From Pseudovirgaria hyperparasitica (lineage: Eukaryota): DNA of 64,000 nt. The translations under genes and the position numbers were made by a program. Under the pieces are notes generated by a model that searched no databases, had not been told where the DNA came from, and was given only the letters and a program-made list of their open reading frames with translations. Below are positions 25,266 through 38,185 of the stretch, one piece after another (the stretch's first letter is position 1; each line of letters begins with the position of its first letter). The DNA is taken from the NCBI GenBank assembly GCA_010093815.1, contig ML996573.1; one strand, 5' to 3'.

Positions 25266-26207
25266 ATGTCTCAAAGAGAGTACCACATTGTGGTTCTGGG
25301 TTCGGGTAAGTGGGCGCGTAGTGGTCCCAGTTCCTGCTGCCATGCAAAAGGCTAATCGGGTTTTCCAATCAAGGTGGCGTCGGAAAGAGCTGTTTGACTG
25401 GTATGCAAGACCTGAGTTGGCGTACAACGTATGAAGGAGCCGCTGACTGTAGAAGCGCAATTCGTACAAAACGTATGGATCGAAAGCTATGATCCTACTA
25501 TTGAAGATTCATACCGGAAAGCTATCGACGTCGACGTACGAATTACCAAGAATTCCTATCGCGCACGCGCATTAGCTTACATTTTCTTATCCGCTAGGGT
25601 CGAAATGTCATACTTGAAATCTTGGATACCGCCGGAACAGAGCAATTCAGTGAGCCACAATACATCATCGCGACAGACAAGGAAAGCAAGCTAACTACAA
25701 ATAGCCGCCATGAGGTAAAAACGCGAACGGAACATCTCCGTCTCCACCGTTGCTAACTGGCATAGGGAGCTATATATGAAAAGTGGACAGGGATTCCTTC
25801 TCGTGTTTAGCATCACATCCATGTCGTCGCTCCAAGAGCTTGCCGAATTGCGCGAACAGATCATCCGTATCAAAGAGGATACCCGCATTCCCATAGTGCT
25901 TGTGGGCAACAAATCCGATCTAGAGGATGATCGGGCAGTGTCGCGCCCAAGGGCGTTTGCAGTCTCCCAGAGCTGGGGTAACTGCCCATATTACGAGACA
26001 AGTGCACGGCGACGTGCTAATGTTGACGAAGTCTTTGTGGATCTCTGCAGGCAGATCATCCACAGAGACATGGAAAGAGCCCATTCTCGACACCACGACC
26101 AACGCGACAGATACCGAGACGGGCGTGATCGCCATTCCGGCCAGAAACATGGCGGTCGCCGGTCGAGGAAGCATCGAGAGCGTGAGTCTCGATGTACTAT
26201 ATTGTAG
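25266..26207 (+). CDS. RSR1: Ras-related GTPase Rsr1/Bud1 (Rap-like)
   Basis: [42 protein letters not shown]...[33 protein letters not shown]. Five introns, including a 10-nt micro-exon 25705-25714. Confidence 0.95.
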
Positions 26208-26877
26208 CATGTATTTCTATATCTCAGCAAAGTACAGTATATTACTATAGATAATGTCCCATAATGCTGGTCTGGTGACGGCTGGACATGACGAGACAGA
26301 CGCCTGCCACGGAACAATGTCTCGGGACCGGATTACAAGAGATACAATGGCAGATCAGTTTCTCATCATACTCAACTCCGCCTGGGGTATCGAACCTATC
26401 ACCGATCGTTTCCAGGTCATGTGAAGCTCGGCCTCGATGCCGAAAGCTCCTTGAAGATACGGATGCACCATTCGGAGGAAGGGACCGCACCAGTCCATCC
26501 ATGGTGTACCACAGTACCTCACGATGCCTACGATAAAGTAGACATCAGCTTCACCGCTGGACGAAGCGTCATATAGCTAGTGCTTATATTGTGTCTATCG
26601 TCGCGGCTAAGCAAAGCTCCAAAAGCCACCAAAACCCCTCCAAAGGATGCATTGCCCCACCACGGGCAGTCGTCATTGCATATTTATGATCAATCCGTCG
26701 CTCGGACTTAGTATTACATCCGTAAGCCATATATCAGAGTAAAGCCAAGCTTCATCGTGCCAGACAGCTCCCAAGTTACACCACTTTCTCCACTCCTCCA
26801 GTTAAATATTCACAAACACTCTGGTGCATGCTCGGTAGACCTACAGTTTAAGCAATACTCCACGACTCTACTCCAGA

Positions 26878-28138
26878 ATGCCTCTCGTAGCCACGAACCC
26901 GAAACCGAGAGTGATCCTAGGTCTTATGACCTTTGGGTAATCTTTATAACCCTATACAAACCACTAAACCACTCACTTACTTTTCCCCAGACCTCACCCT
27001 GAGCAGGGAGCCAGAATCACGTCAATGGACGAGTACAAAAAGTGCTTGGACTACTTCCAGCAGCAGGGCTACAATGAAGTAGACACTGCTCGCGTCTACG
27101 TGGGCGGCACCCAGGAGGCCTTTACCACAGAGGCTGGCTGGAAGGAGAGGGGCCTGACCCTGGCTACGAAGTGGTATCCGCAAACCCCTGGCGCGCATAA
27201 GCCGGCAGTGGTCAGGGAGCAGTTGGAAAAGAGTCTGGCCGAATTGAAGACGAATTGTGTCGACATATTCTATCTCCATGCTCCAGACCGGAGTGTTCCA
27301 GTGAGTCCCTTGTTGACGGCTTGATGGCTGATTGATCGTGGCGGTTCGCTGAGAATGGATGCAGTTCGACGAGACGCTTGAGGAGGTAAATAAGCTTCAC
27401 AAGGAGGGCAAGTTTGTTCAGCTGGGTTTGAGTAACTTCACCGCGTTTGAAGTTGCGGAGGTTTGTATCATGTGTAGGGAGCGTGGGTGGGTAAAGCCTA
27501 CCATCTATCAGGTAAGCCGACTTCATGTCTGCACCGGAATGGAAACATGCTAATTTCACCCAGGGAATGTATAATGCTATCAGTATGCTAGGTCATCATG
27601 ACGGGACGAAGACAAACTACTAACACACGTTTCAGCTCGCTCTCTCGAAACGGAACTTATTCCTGCGTGCCGCCGATACGGCCTCTCGGTCGTCGTTTAC
27701 AACCCCCTTGCCGGAGGCCTCTTCAGCGGCAAGATCAAAGCCCCCGAAGATGTCGGGACGGAAGGACGCTTCAGCGATGCGACCAAGGTGGGCGCCATGT
27801 ATCGACAGCGGTACTTCAAGGACGCCACCTTTGACGCGCTGAGAATTATCAGCCCGGTTGTCGAGAAGCATGGCCTCACGCTGCTTGAGACGGCATTGAG
27901 GTGGGTTGTGCACCATTCTGCGCTGAATGTCAAGGGCGATGGTCTGGGCAACCAGGACGGTATCATCATCGGTGTCAGCAGCTTTGGCCAGCTGGAAAGT
28001 AACCTGGCCGATTGCGAAAAGGGGCCTCTGCCTGACGACGTCGTGAAGGCTTTGGATGAGGCCTGGCTCGTGACAAAGGCTACGACTCCAAATTACTGGC
28101 ATTTGGACCTGAAATATACTTATAAGCTGAAGATGTAA
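26878..28138 (+). CDS. Aldo-keto reductase, aflatoxin B1-aldehyde reductase (AKR7)-like
   Basis: MPLVATNPKPRVILGLMTFG|P, VDTARVY, LATK, IFYLHAPD, LGLSNF, GMYNAI, YNPLAGG. Four introns. Confidence 0.92.
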
Positions 28139-28394
28139 GACTTGAATGGGATGAAGTTGTCGCGGCTTGATCACATGTAAAGTAGAAAGAAAACGATTTC
28201 ATGATATCTCGCTGTGAGAGCTTTCTAAACGCCGCTAAGTCAAGGTCATACACCTGTTGTTCAACACTTGAGCAACTCTTGGAAAGGATTAAATACAGAT
28301 GTAGGATGAAGGAGATGGATGGTCGATCAACAGATCGACGATCCGTGACGCTAGCCGCAAATGGCTACTCCCAACTCCGTTAGCGTCCCGTTCT

Positions 28395-28670
28395 ACGCGT
28401 TGTTGCCGGTAATACTACACGCAGCACGCGCTCTAATAATCTACTTACTCCTACTGCTGCTGCCCCTGCTGCTCACAAACAGCCTACATCAGCTTCTTCT
28501 TACATGCTATATACATTACCTCTCGTGTTACTATTATGAATACCATTCTCGCATTCTTATGACCGCTTCCAGCTCTCAAGGTTGACTCTGGCACTCTACT
28601 AGCTCCGGCCGGCCAACGCGTCTTCCCGCGCGTCACCGCCAACCACCATTATTCTCAATTGCTCGCGTTT
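28395..28670. promoter_or_regulatory. MCB (MluI cell-cycle box) elements upstream of CDC45
   Basis: ACGCGT at 28395-28400 and 28616-28621, plus CGCGT cores near 28629 and 28664, upstream of a DNA replication gene. Confidence 0.55.
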
Positions 28671-28798
28671 GCACACACACACCCACCATTGGTACACTAC
28701 GAGCTCGCTCAATTGTTTGAAAGATTGTTATTTTCACGGTCACCGTCCACCGCCTGACCAGGTGCACCGTCCGGAACCTCACACACTCCACAGCCGCA

Positions 28799-31495
28799 AT
28801 GTACCTCCCGCGAGACTCGATATCGACCCTATACCTACACCTCAAGAAGACGAACAATTCCCTGTCCTCGCCCGTCTTGATCCTCGTTGCCCTCGAGCCG
28901 GATGCTCTGTGTGCGTGCCGGATCCTTATTTCGTTGTTGAAGCGCGACTACATATCACATAAGATCAAGCCGATAGCTGGGTATGGCGACCTCGCACGCG
29001 TTGGCACGGAGCTCGTCCGACCGATGCGGACAACGGAAGGTGGCAGCGGCGGCGTGGTCGTATGTCTGGGCGTTGGGGGCCTCGTCGATTTGGAGAATGT
29101 GCTGCGACTGGAGGTCGATGAGAAGGGAGAAGGCGGCATGGCCGGGGTGGAGCTCTGGGTGTTTGACTCGAGGAGACCGTATAATTTGACGAATATCTTT
29201 GGGGGTCAGGCCCAGGTGGCGGCTCAGGATGGACAGCTGGTGTCGAGGGAGCGAGGGGTTGTCAATGGACGCGTGTCGGACAGATATATACCGGGGAACG
29301 GCGGGATCTTTGTCTATGATGATGGGGATATTGACGAGGAGCTTAAGAGGGAGCAGGACGCGTATTGTGCGCTTGCGGAGATGCCTGAGGTTGATGAGGA
29401 TGAGTTTAACGACTCGGATTCGGAAAGCTCGGAAGATGGGGACGAGGACGAGGGTGGAAGAGAGCCCGTCGATACAACCGGGCTTCCGCCTTCCGGCCAG
29501 AAGAGGAAGACGTCTTCGGACAGAGAAGAAGATAGTGAGGAAGATGACCAGGACGATCGGCCTAGGCGGAGGCGAAGAAGCAACTCGGTGGGTAGTATTG
29601 ATCAGCTTGAAAAACGATCTACTGACTTGACATAGTCTGCATCTATTGACAGTACCGGGGAGCGACCGCGACGGCATGGCCTCATATCAATGGCCGGACA
29701 AACCGATAATTCATCAAACATATCCCGGGAGCCATCCATAAGTAGATCATCATCGCCTGCCATACACGGACCAAGACAGCCCTCTGCCCGCACGTTAAGA
29801 AAGCGACTATTACGCATGCGCCGAAGACATGAATCCGTCCTGGAGCAGTATTATGCCTTGGGAACGTCGTATTCGGAACCAGTATCGTCCATGATGTACT
29901 CTCTGGCTGAAAAGCTAGGTCGTGAGGACAACGATCTTCTCTGGAACGCAGTAGTCGGAGCCAGCAGTCTTGAGCTCTACGGGCGAACGCAGAATGGCAT
30001 TGGGCTGAACCCTGTCTCATCTAGCGGCCGATGGTCAGGATGGAATGGTGACCGGGGCGAACGAATACGACATGCTCTCCGCGATGAGGTGAACCGGCTG
30101 AATCCTCTCGACTCGAAAGAATTCATCCAGGAGACTACGGTGGGTGAGGCATACGGCGTGATACCGACGACGGGACGCTCGCCCACCGACACGTCAATAC
30201 GGCTGTCTCCAGAGCCAAAGTTTCTCTTAATTCGTCATTGGTCTCTGTACGACAGCATGCTACACTCGCCCTTCTTATCAACACGCCTCAGGATATGGAA
30301 CGATAACGGGCGTCGACGTCTACACAAGTTCTTGGCCAAGATGGGGATATCTCTAGCCCAATGCAAGCAAAACTACCAACACATGGACATGCAAGTCAAA
30401 CGCAGCCTACGAAAAAAGCTGCTGGAACAAGCGCCCGTCTACGGCCTCGAGGGTCTCGTGCCACCCGAAGAATCCCGCATCCCCAAAGAAGGCTGGGGCT
30501 TCGTCCGTTGCTGGGGCTGGAAAGCATGCCTCAGCGCCCTCGACGTCGGCACCATCATCGGCGCTATCCTCGAAGTCGGCGACGCATCCACACGCACAGT
30601 AGCAACAGCCTCCTCAAACGACCCATCCGACCCAGCACCATCCCAACCGCCCCCAACCACCGAAGAATCCGATCTCGCCCACCAGGAACACGTCACAGCA
30701 CGCTTCTTCACCGCCTACGACGCCCTCGCCGACATCAAGCTCCTAACCCAACACATCCCCACCGCACAGTCCCTCCACCGCGCCATCCTCCGCACAGGCA
30801 CCTCCCTCCTCGAAAAACGCCAAGTCCTCCACCTCAACGCCTTCCGCGTCGCCGTCGTCAAAGAGGGCCCCGACGTCCCGCTCTTCGCCCACCCAGGCGC
30901 CCTCATCAAACTCGCCCTCTGGATCGCAGAGGCCCTCGTCGAACAGGAAGGCAAAAAGGCAAGGGACGGCAACGGCGAGCTCGTCCTCGCTGCCCTTGAC
31001 GAGACCCGCGACGTCTATGTCATTGTTGGCCTTGGCGGTGGTGGCGGCGCCCGATTTGATCCCGATCGCGCAAGGAGGCGCGAGGAGGCGAAGAAGGCGC
31101 GCGAGGAGAAGCGCAGCAAGCGTCGCGCTGAAAGGGCGAAGGAGAAGGAAGCGAGACGCCTCCGTCGGCTTGCGAATGGGATGGACTCGGATGACGACGA
31201 GGACGAAGAAGAAGAAGACGCGACCGAAAGCGAAGGCTCCTCTGACAGTGACTCCGACGACTCCGACAACGACGACACAAGAAAAGCAGCGAGACGCGCG
31301 CACGGCAAGAATAGATTCGGTATTGCGTTTAGTGAGGTTGCCGATGCGACGGGCGCGCGCGTCCGGCTGGATCATTTCGAGCATTGTGTTGTTGAGGTCA
31401 AGAGGGATGATTACAAGGGGTTTTTGGAGGCGTTGAGTGAGAAGGCTGTTGTTGGGGGGATGAGGGTTAGGGGGGGTAGGGGGAGTGGGTATTGA
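28799..31495 (+). CDS. CDC45: DNA replication initiation factor Cdc45
   Basis: MYLPR...VLILVALEPDALCACRIL, FDSRRPYNLTNIF, LIRHWSLYDSM, LAKMGISL, NRFGIAF...DHFEHCVVEVK. Intron ~29588-29635. Confidence 0.96.
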
Positions 31496-32588
31496 TGGTG
31501 GTGATTTAGGGGGGAGGGTTTGCGGAGGACGATAGATGAGGAGGGTTGAGGGGGGAGGGAGGAGGGGAGAAGAAGAGGAAGGAGGAGGAAGATGGAATAA
31601 GGGTACCGGCCTATCGCAGGTGTGGTGTGGGTTTTTTAATATATATAAATATACATGTCAGGCAGGGCGTTGTTGTGTTATTGGGTTGTTTGTTTTGGTT
31701 CAAAAGGAGGGAAAGGGGGCGTTTGGATGGATTGATTGATTATTTTGTTGCTGTTGTTATTGTTGCCCTTTTGTTCTGATTTTTGTATGGACAGTGCGTG
31801 TGGTATGCTGTGCTGTGCTGTGCTGTGCTGTATATATCTCATCTGGATGTGCTGGATTAGCGATGGGAATTTACGATGGTTTTGCTGTTCTGTTCATATT
31901 GTCATGGTGTGCGTGTGTGATGATGTCGTCGTCGGGCTAAGGTGGTTGTGGTCAGTATATTCACACGGCCATTCCACCTCGAGTATGCATGCCATTGTAG
32001 CTATCCACGTCTAGCAAGGAGACTAATCACTATATATTCATCACAAGACAGGACAGGAGGTTTCATGATATGTGTTTAATTCAGTGTGGCACGCGAGATC
32101 TATATGTATCGCGCTGTGCTAAATGCTGTGCTAGTGCGACTACGCCAGGGGCAGGGCAGGCACGCCTCTTCGAATGTGCCCAGCTAGCTCCCTTATGAGC
32201 CAACAAGCTCTGAAGATGCTGTACAGGCCGCAGAAGAGTGATGGGTCCCGCCGGGGCCTCGGCAAACACGAGCTGTATGGACTGTCCTCGCGTATGGTGT
32301 GTCCTCGCTCCAATGTAGTAGTGCTCTGTCTGGTGTGATCACGTGTGAGAGTGAACCTCTCGATCCAGACGTCCAACAACAACATCTTCCTTCTCGCATT
32401 GCGTGTATCCAAGGGTCGCCCGATAGTTCAGACTGGTCCAATATACCTATCGAGCTCGTAAGGAGATTCAAGCAGCCGAAACCGACCAATGCAGTCGGGG
32501 CATACGTTTGTTAAATCAGCCGGTCCGAAAAGATTACATGTTAATCACTATATATTTGGTTTTCGTCATTGGGTCGTGCTCGTGTGGC

Positions 32589-34470
32589 TCAGGAAGGGGC
32601 ATCGGCAAAGGCGTCGTCCAAAGTGTAGTTTCCATCGAGGCTGAAATCAAGCCCGTTCTGGCCACCTGTATCCGGTACCAGTGGGACGCCGTCGTGACCA
32701 CCGTGAGTAAGGCATCCGACGCACTCGCATCCATCGCCACACTGGCATGTACCGGTCGGGTCGTCGCAGCCTGGGAGTTCAAGCGACTGGAGGAAGAAGG
32801 ACGATGGAGATAGCGTTGGACTGTTGGCACCAGCAGTAGGTGATGCTTCCTGGCTTCTATCGTTCTCCACATATTCGGCGCAGGAGTTGGACCGGCTCAT
32901 ATTCTGGTGGGTAGGGGTGGTAGAGCACCTGAATTCGGTATCGGGTGTCGATCTTCCATTCATCTTCAAGGGTGTCGGAGCTTGGTTGAAATTGAAATTC
33001 TCAAACTCGGCCGCAGGGGTAGTCTGAACAGATGAGTGAGACGGGTTCATCTGCCAGGTATGAGGAGGTTGGGAGGAATATGCAGGTCCGGGATGCATGT
33101 CAGGAGGTGCATACTGAGGCATGATAAGCTGTGGCACAGCATTACCATTGGACGGTACTGGACGGTGGTAGGGGAAGTGCCCATTTGGTGGGCCAGAAGA
33201 CATGTAGTGATTCGCTATGTGGTATGGCGGAGGCCGCGCCATGCCCGGAGGTCCCAGGAATTGGCTATAATATCGAATGTACTCTCTCGTAGTATCGTTC
33301 CGGGGATGTGATGCACATCCCAGACAGGCGCATGAATCACCGCAGTTGCAGTTGTGGCCTATGGAGCCATCACCATTGGTAGGGTTGTTATGGACGGGCG
33401 GAAATTGCATTTGATATGGGAAGTATGTCTGATATGGCATCGTTGGCATGTATCCAGATGAGTTCATGACAGGACCATTACCATGTGGAGGATAAGCCAT
33501 GTAGGGCGAGTGTGTAGGTGGTGGAGCAGTCGGTATGCCGTTAGGATGTTGGTGGAACGGAGAATAAGGGGGGTAGATGGTGTTTATGACGTGCGGGACG
33601 GGCTGAGCTGCTCCATTCGACGTGAGGGGTGGCGGCTTCTTGGGTCCAGAGCAACAGGACTTTTGCGGAGGTTCCGCATCTATTTCGTTACCAGCTCCAC
33701 GGCAACAAGACGCTGTTGTGCTGGCAGTATTTGGCGTAGTAGTGTCCTCTTTTGTTGTTGTCACGGCTGTGGATCCTGTGCAACATGACTTCTGTGGCGC
33801 AGAGGTATCATTCGCCCCTTTCGTCTCCGTTTTGATATCGGACTGTGAGTCGATATCGATCGAGTGGCTACTGCTGGGGGGTGAAGAGGCATTATTGCTC
33901 CTCTCGGATGCTGAAAAGGTTACGGATGCTGTCTCACTAGGTGGATTGCTCTCGCCGTTGAATAAGCCGTCTTCGGTGAGAACAGGCTGGTCTTTAAGAG
34001 CTCTGGCTACAGCAGCAGGGGTGACAGAAGTCGAAGCTCGCTTTTGGCGAGGTTTCTGAACCCTATGTGACGCATTTCCAGTGGTATTGGCAGACGCACT
34101 GACGGGGGTAGTACCATTTGAACAGTTGCAATCGGATTCTATAGCACAGTCAGCGCGTAGGGGTTATAAAGTACATGCACTTACTCTTGGGGACGGTATA
34201 GTTGACAAGCACTCTCTCGCAGCTACAAGAGCCTGGCGGATGAGGGCAACTACTCAACGGGCGACCAGGCTTGCGGACTTCGAGCAAGACGCGATCCTTG
34301 TGGTCGCACTTTGAAGAACGATGACCACGGATGCATGGACCGCTAGGAGCAGGGTCAGTGGGATAAGGTCCAACAAGGCTGGAATGACAGGAGGGCCAAG
34401 TAAATAGGTATCGGGAAGTAGCTCACCAGGCAACCTTTTTCTTCTCGCCGTTAAGGTCAATCCACGGCAT
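32589..34470 (-). CDS. Copper-fist transcription factor, GRISEA/Mac1-like
   Basis: MPWIDLNGEKKKVAC|GPCIRGHRSSKCDHKDRVLLEVRKPGRPLSSCPHPPGSCSC; internal SCC repeats; C-terminal Cys/His motifs CNCGDSCACLGCASH and CQCGDGCECVGCLTH. Two introns. Confidence 0.9.
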
Positions 34471-36057
34471 AATGAAGTAGAGGCAGGTAACAGATTGAGA
34501 GAATTCGCGGGTAGTAGAGTGATCGGGCTGTCAGGGCCCATTGAGCGAAAGCAGAAGTGACAGACAGCCAAGAATAGAAAAAGCGGCGAGGCGAGAGCAG
34601 AGCAACCAGGAATCCCGGGCGCAAAGGTCCGGGCGCGCAGAAGAGCGAGTGTAGTGAGAGGATGGTAATAGTCGGGAGGAAGAGATGGTTAGATCTGGAG
34701 AAGTGGTTCGAGGTTCGCAGTAGGCCGAAGTAACAGATCGAATCAGGACGGAGGTGGAGACGCAGGGGAACGAGGTTGCAGTATGAGCATAATAGAGCAG
34801 ATTCCCAAGTATCTCTCACAACAGGGCAGAGGCAGGGCGGAGGTAGAGGCAAAGAGGTAGTAGAGATGAGATGAGATGAAGCGGAGTGGACAGGTTCATA
34901 AAGACAACATCAACAACAACAGCATCAGCATCAGCATCTGCAGTGAACCCCGCTGTTGTCTTGAAGTCCTTCCCTTTGTGCAATGGCAATGGGGCCAGTG
35001 CGGGGGACGAAGACGAAGACGAAGACGAAGTTCGACGGGCGACCAGGCAGACGAGAGGCCCTGGACAGGGTCGAGAAGGGTAAGGTGAGTGAGTGAATGT
35101 CAAGGTTCGGGGTGGTGTGTTTTGTGCCAAAGACCCTGGGCAGCAGTCGGCGGATAGATGTTTCACAGCGTTTCGAGCGTGGCAAGGGGCCTCCCACGTG
35201 CTTCCAGCGTCATGCCAAGCGCGGAGACAGACGACGATGGTAATTCGGGGAGCTGGAGCTGCGGTCGTAAAAGTGTGAGAGAGTTATAGAGGTGAAAGTG
35301 AGTAGAGTGAGGTGTGAAGTGAGGGAGTAAGTGAGTAGAGTGTAGAGAGTAAAGTGTGGAATGTAATTGGAAGTCAGTCAGACCCGCCCGATGTGTGTGG
35401 AAGTCACGCCGCCCCGCGTGGGATACAAACAAGACATGCTAGGCCTGAAGAGGAAATTAAACTTGCTCAACCTCCGCCGTTTCGCTCCGGGACCCTGCTT
35501 TTGCTGACATTCCTGACATTCCTTGCCAGACTGCTCAGGCTCTCAGGCTCTCAGGCTGTCAGGCTTATAAGGCAATCAAGCCGTCAGGCAGCCTCTCAGG
35601 CAAACACGGTATATATCAATGTTTAGGTACTGTCCACTATACATACACTCATGTATATGATATATCAGTAGCCTTACTACTACCATTACGTTACACCGCA
35701 GCACTTAAGTCCCTATATGTAATTATACATGCGAATAAACCCACGTTCTGGATCTTATATACTATGTGTCCTGTGTGTTGTGTCAACAGCCAAGCCTCAT
35801 GGCAGAATCCCGCCGTAGCGTGGCGTGGCGCAGTGTGGCGCAATGTGGCGTCGACATCACCTAACCTCCGAAGCTCATCATTGGTCAGCGTCGACCTTTT
35901 TGGCCTTAATAGCTGCCTCACATCCCACTACGCCCATCACCAATCACACACTATTTATCGCTTTACCTCATACACCAATTATTGATATCCTTCCAAGTTC
36001 TAGTATTGGTAGTGACCACACGTCGTTGCATCTCCACCCCTGTATCACCATACTGCC

Positions 36058-37010
36058 ATGTCTTTCGACGATTCCGACCATGATGACTTCAATCTCTTCC
36101 AAGATCCGAAAGATTTTTACAAGCCTGAGCCTGACCCCACATCTGCTTCCCACACCCAGTTGGATGGCAATGTCATTACTGTCCGTCTCGTAGGGCACAA
36201 TCCGCTATGGGTCAGCTTATGATACTTCTTTCATCCTCTCTCCCATTCACCTTCAACCCAACTATGCTCAATCCCAATCTAACGCTGCCAGGGCCATCTT
36301 CTCTGGAATGCTGGTCGAACCATCTCCCTGTACATCGAGGAGCACGCCAAAGACTTGATCTCCAATCGCTCTGTCCTAGAGTTCGGCGCTGCAAGCGGTC
36401 TGCCAAGTCTCGTCTGCATTCTACACGGCGCTTCCCATGTTGTCGTGACAGACTATCCCGATCCGGATCTGATTGAGAATATACAGAACAACATTCATCA
36501 ATCCGTTCCTGACAGCCTGCGTTCAAGGATATCAGCAGAGGTCTGTTCCGCCATTGTGTAACTAGCCTGTTCAGTCTGACCTGTTCAGGGCTATTTGTGG
36601 GGAAACGATACCGAAAACATCCTCTCACACCTCCCCATAACCACCACAGAACCTGGCTTTGACGTGTTGATTCTCGCTGATCTCCTGTTTAACCATTCCG
36701 AGCATGCGAAGCTACTCAAATCCGTACAGCAGACCCTTAAGAGGACTGCCAGTGCCACCGCACTTGTGTTCTTCACTCCCTATCGACCATGGCTCCTGGA
36801 GAAAGACCTGGCCTTCTTTGATCTTGCTAGAGAAGGCGGCTTCAGCGTCGAGAAGATCCTCGAGAAGGTCATGGATAAAGTCATGTTTGACGAGGATCCT
36901 GGTGTATGTCAGCCTCTCGTTTGCATCGTCTGTCTGTACTAACACAAGACCAGGATGAATTGCTGCGTCGAACAGTCTATGGCTACTCACTAACCTGGAA
37001 ACATCTTTGA
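36058..37010 (+). CDS. NNT1: Protein N-terminal/lysine methyltransferase Efm7/Nnt1
   Basis: VRLVGHNPLW|GHLLWNAGR, VLEFGAASGLPSL, VVVTDYPD, LILADLLFNHSEH, FFTPYRPWL, LRRTVYGY. Three introns. Confidence 0.9.
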
Positions 37011-37279
37011 ACCGGTGACTGTCGCCTAACATAACATGATGATGGGTAAGATGACACATCAGGCCAGTGTCTAGACCAAGTCCTCATCGGATTGTCTCAA
37101 GGAGAAAACACTCGTGCCGCACGGAGCATCAGTCCCTGGAGCACGTTCATAGCGACTTTAATTTGCAGAGAGTCATGTATTTATGCCTCCGGCGATCACG
37201 CCCGCTCCGAGGACGCACTTCACACCATCGGCCAAGCACGCCAAGATATATGCTTCACAGTCCAGCTGTTTAACATGCA

Positions 37280-38185
37280 CTACTGAACTGTATACCCACC
37301 GTCGATTGCGAGAGGAACGCCCGTAATCCACCGTGCATCACTACTCGCCAGGAATACTGCTGCTCGTGCCACGTCTTCGGGATTCCCCATGCCTCCAAGT
37401 GGATGCGCCGCGCTGATAGATGCCAGGATCTCGGGCTCGCTTTGGAGGTTCTGGGTCATCGCCGTTTTCAAGACTGTGTTCAATCAAATTTGACATCCAC
37501 GTGTAATTCACAAATAGGAGTTAGACGTACAACCAGGACACAACGCATTGCAATGAATCCGCTCTGGGCCATAGTCCAGCGCGATCTGTTTTGTCAACTG
37601 CACCACGGCTCCCTTAGACGCACAGTACGATGGAGTGCCAAGATAGCCGACCAGGCCCTGAATAGACGCTGTATTGACAATGTAGTAGTCGTCCGAGCGC
37701 GGCTGTAAGAGCATCTGCCGAACGGCGTACTTGCAGCCTAGAAAGACGCCTTTTGCATTGATCGCCATCGTTCTATCATAGTCGTCCTCGGATGTCTCGT
37801 GCACTCTCATCACGCGAGTATGCGTCGACTCGACAGTGATCCCGGCGTTATTACACATGAAATCCAGCCGTCCGTACACCTTGACACACTCGACCACGGC
37901 AGCCTCGACATCGCCAGCAACAGTCATGTCTGCACGCACAAAGATGTGAGGCTTGCCCGAGGAAGACGCCGGCAGCGACTCATGTGTGGGAATTCCCGTC
38001 GTGATGCGGTTATGGTAGGAATCTGCTTTGCCAGTCTCTGGGTCGATGGCATTGCGCAAGCCTGGATACAGATCAACACAGCAGACCTGCGCGCCTTCTG
38101 TAGCGAATGCTGTGGCGATAGCACGTCCCAGACCGCTGGACGAGCCCGTCACGATGGCAACTTTACCTTGGAGGCGTTTGGCCAT
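37280..38185 (-). CDS. Short-chain dehydrogenase/reductase
   Basis: TGSSSGLG, NNAGI, catalytic YCASK, ITGVPLAIDGG. One intron ~37476-37529. Confidence 0.93.

Noticed and set aside
24718..25434. 238-aa ORF upstream of and overlapping RSR1
   Set aside because: TTG start, low-complexity and microsatellite-derived translation, overlaps RSR1 exons in another frame; better explained as leader or intron.
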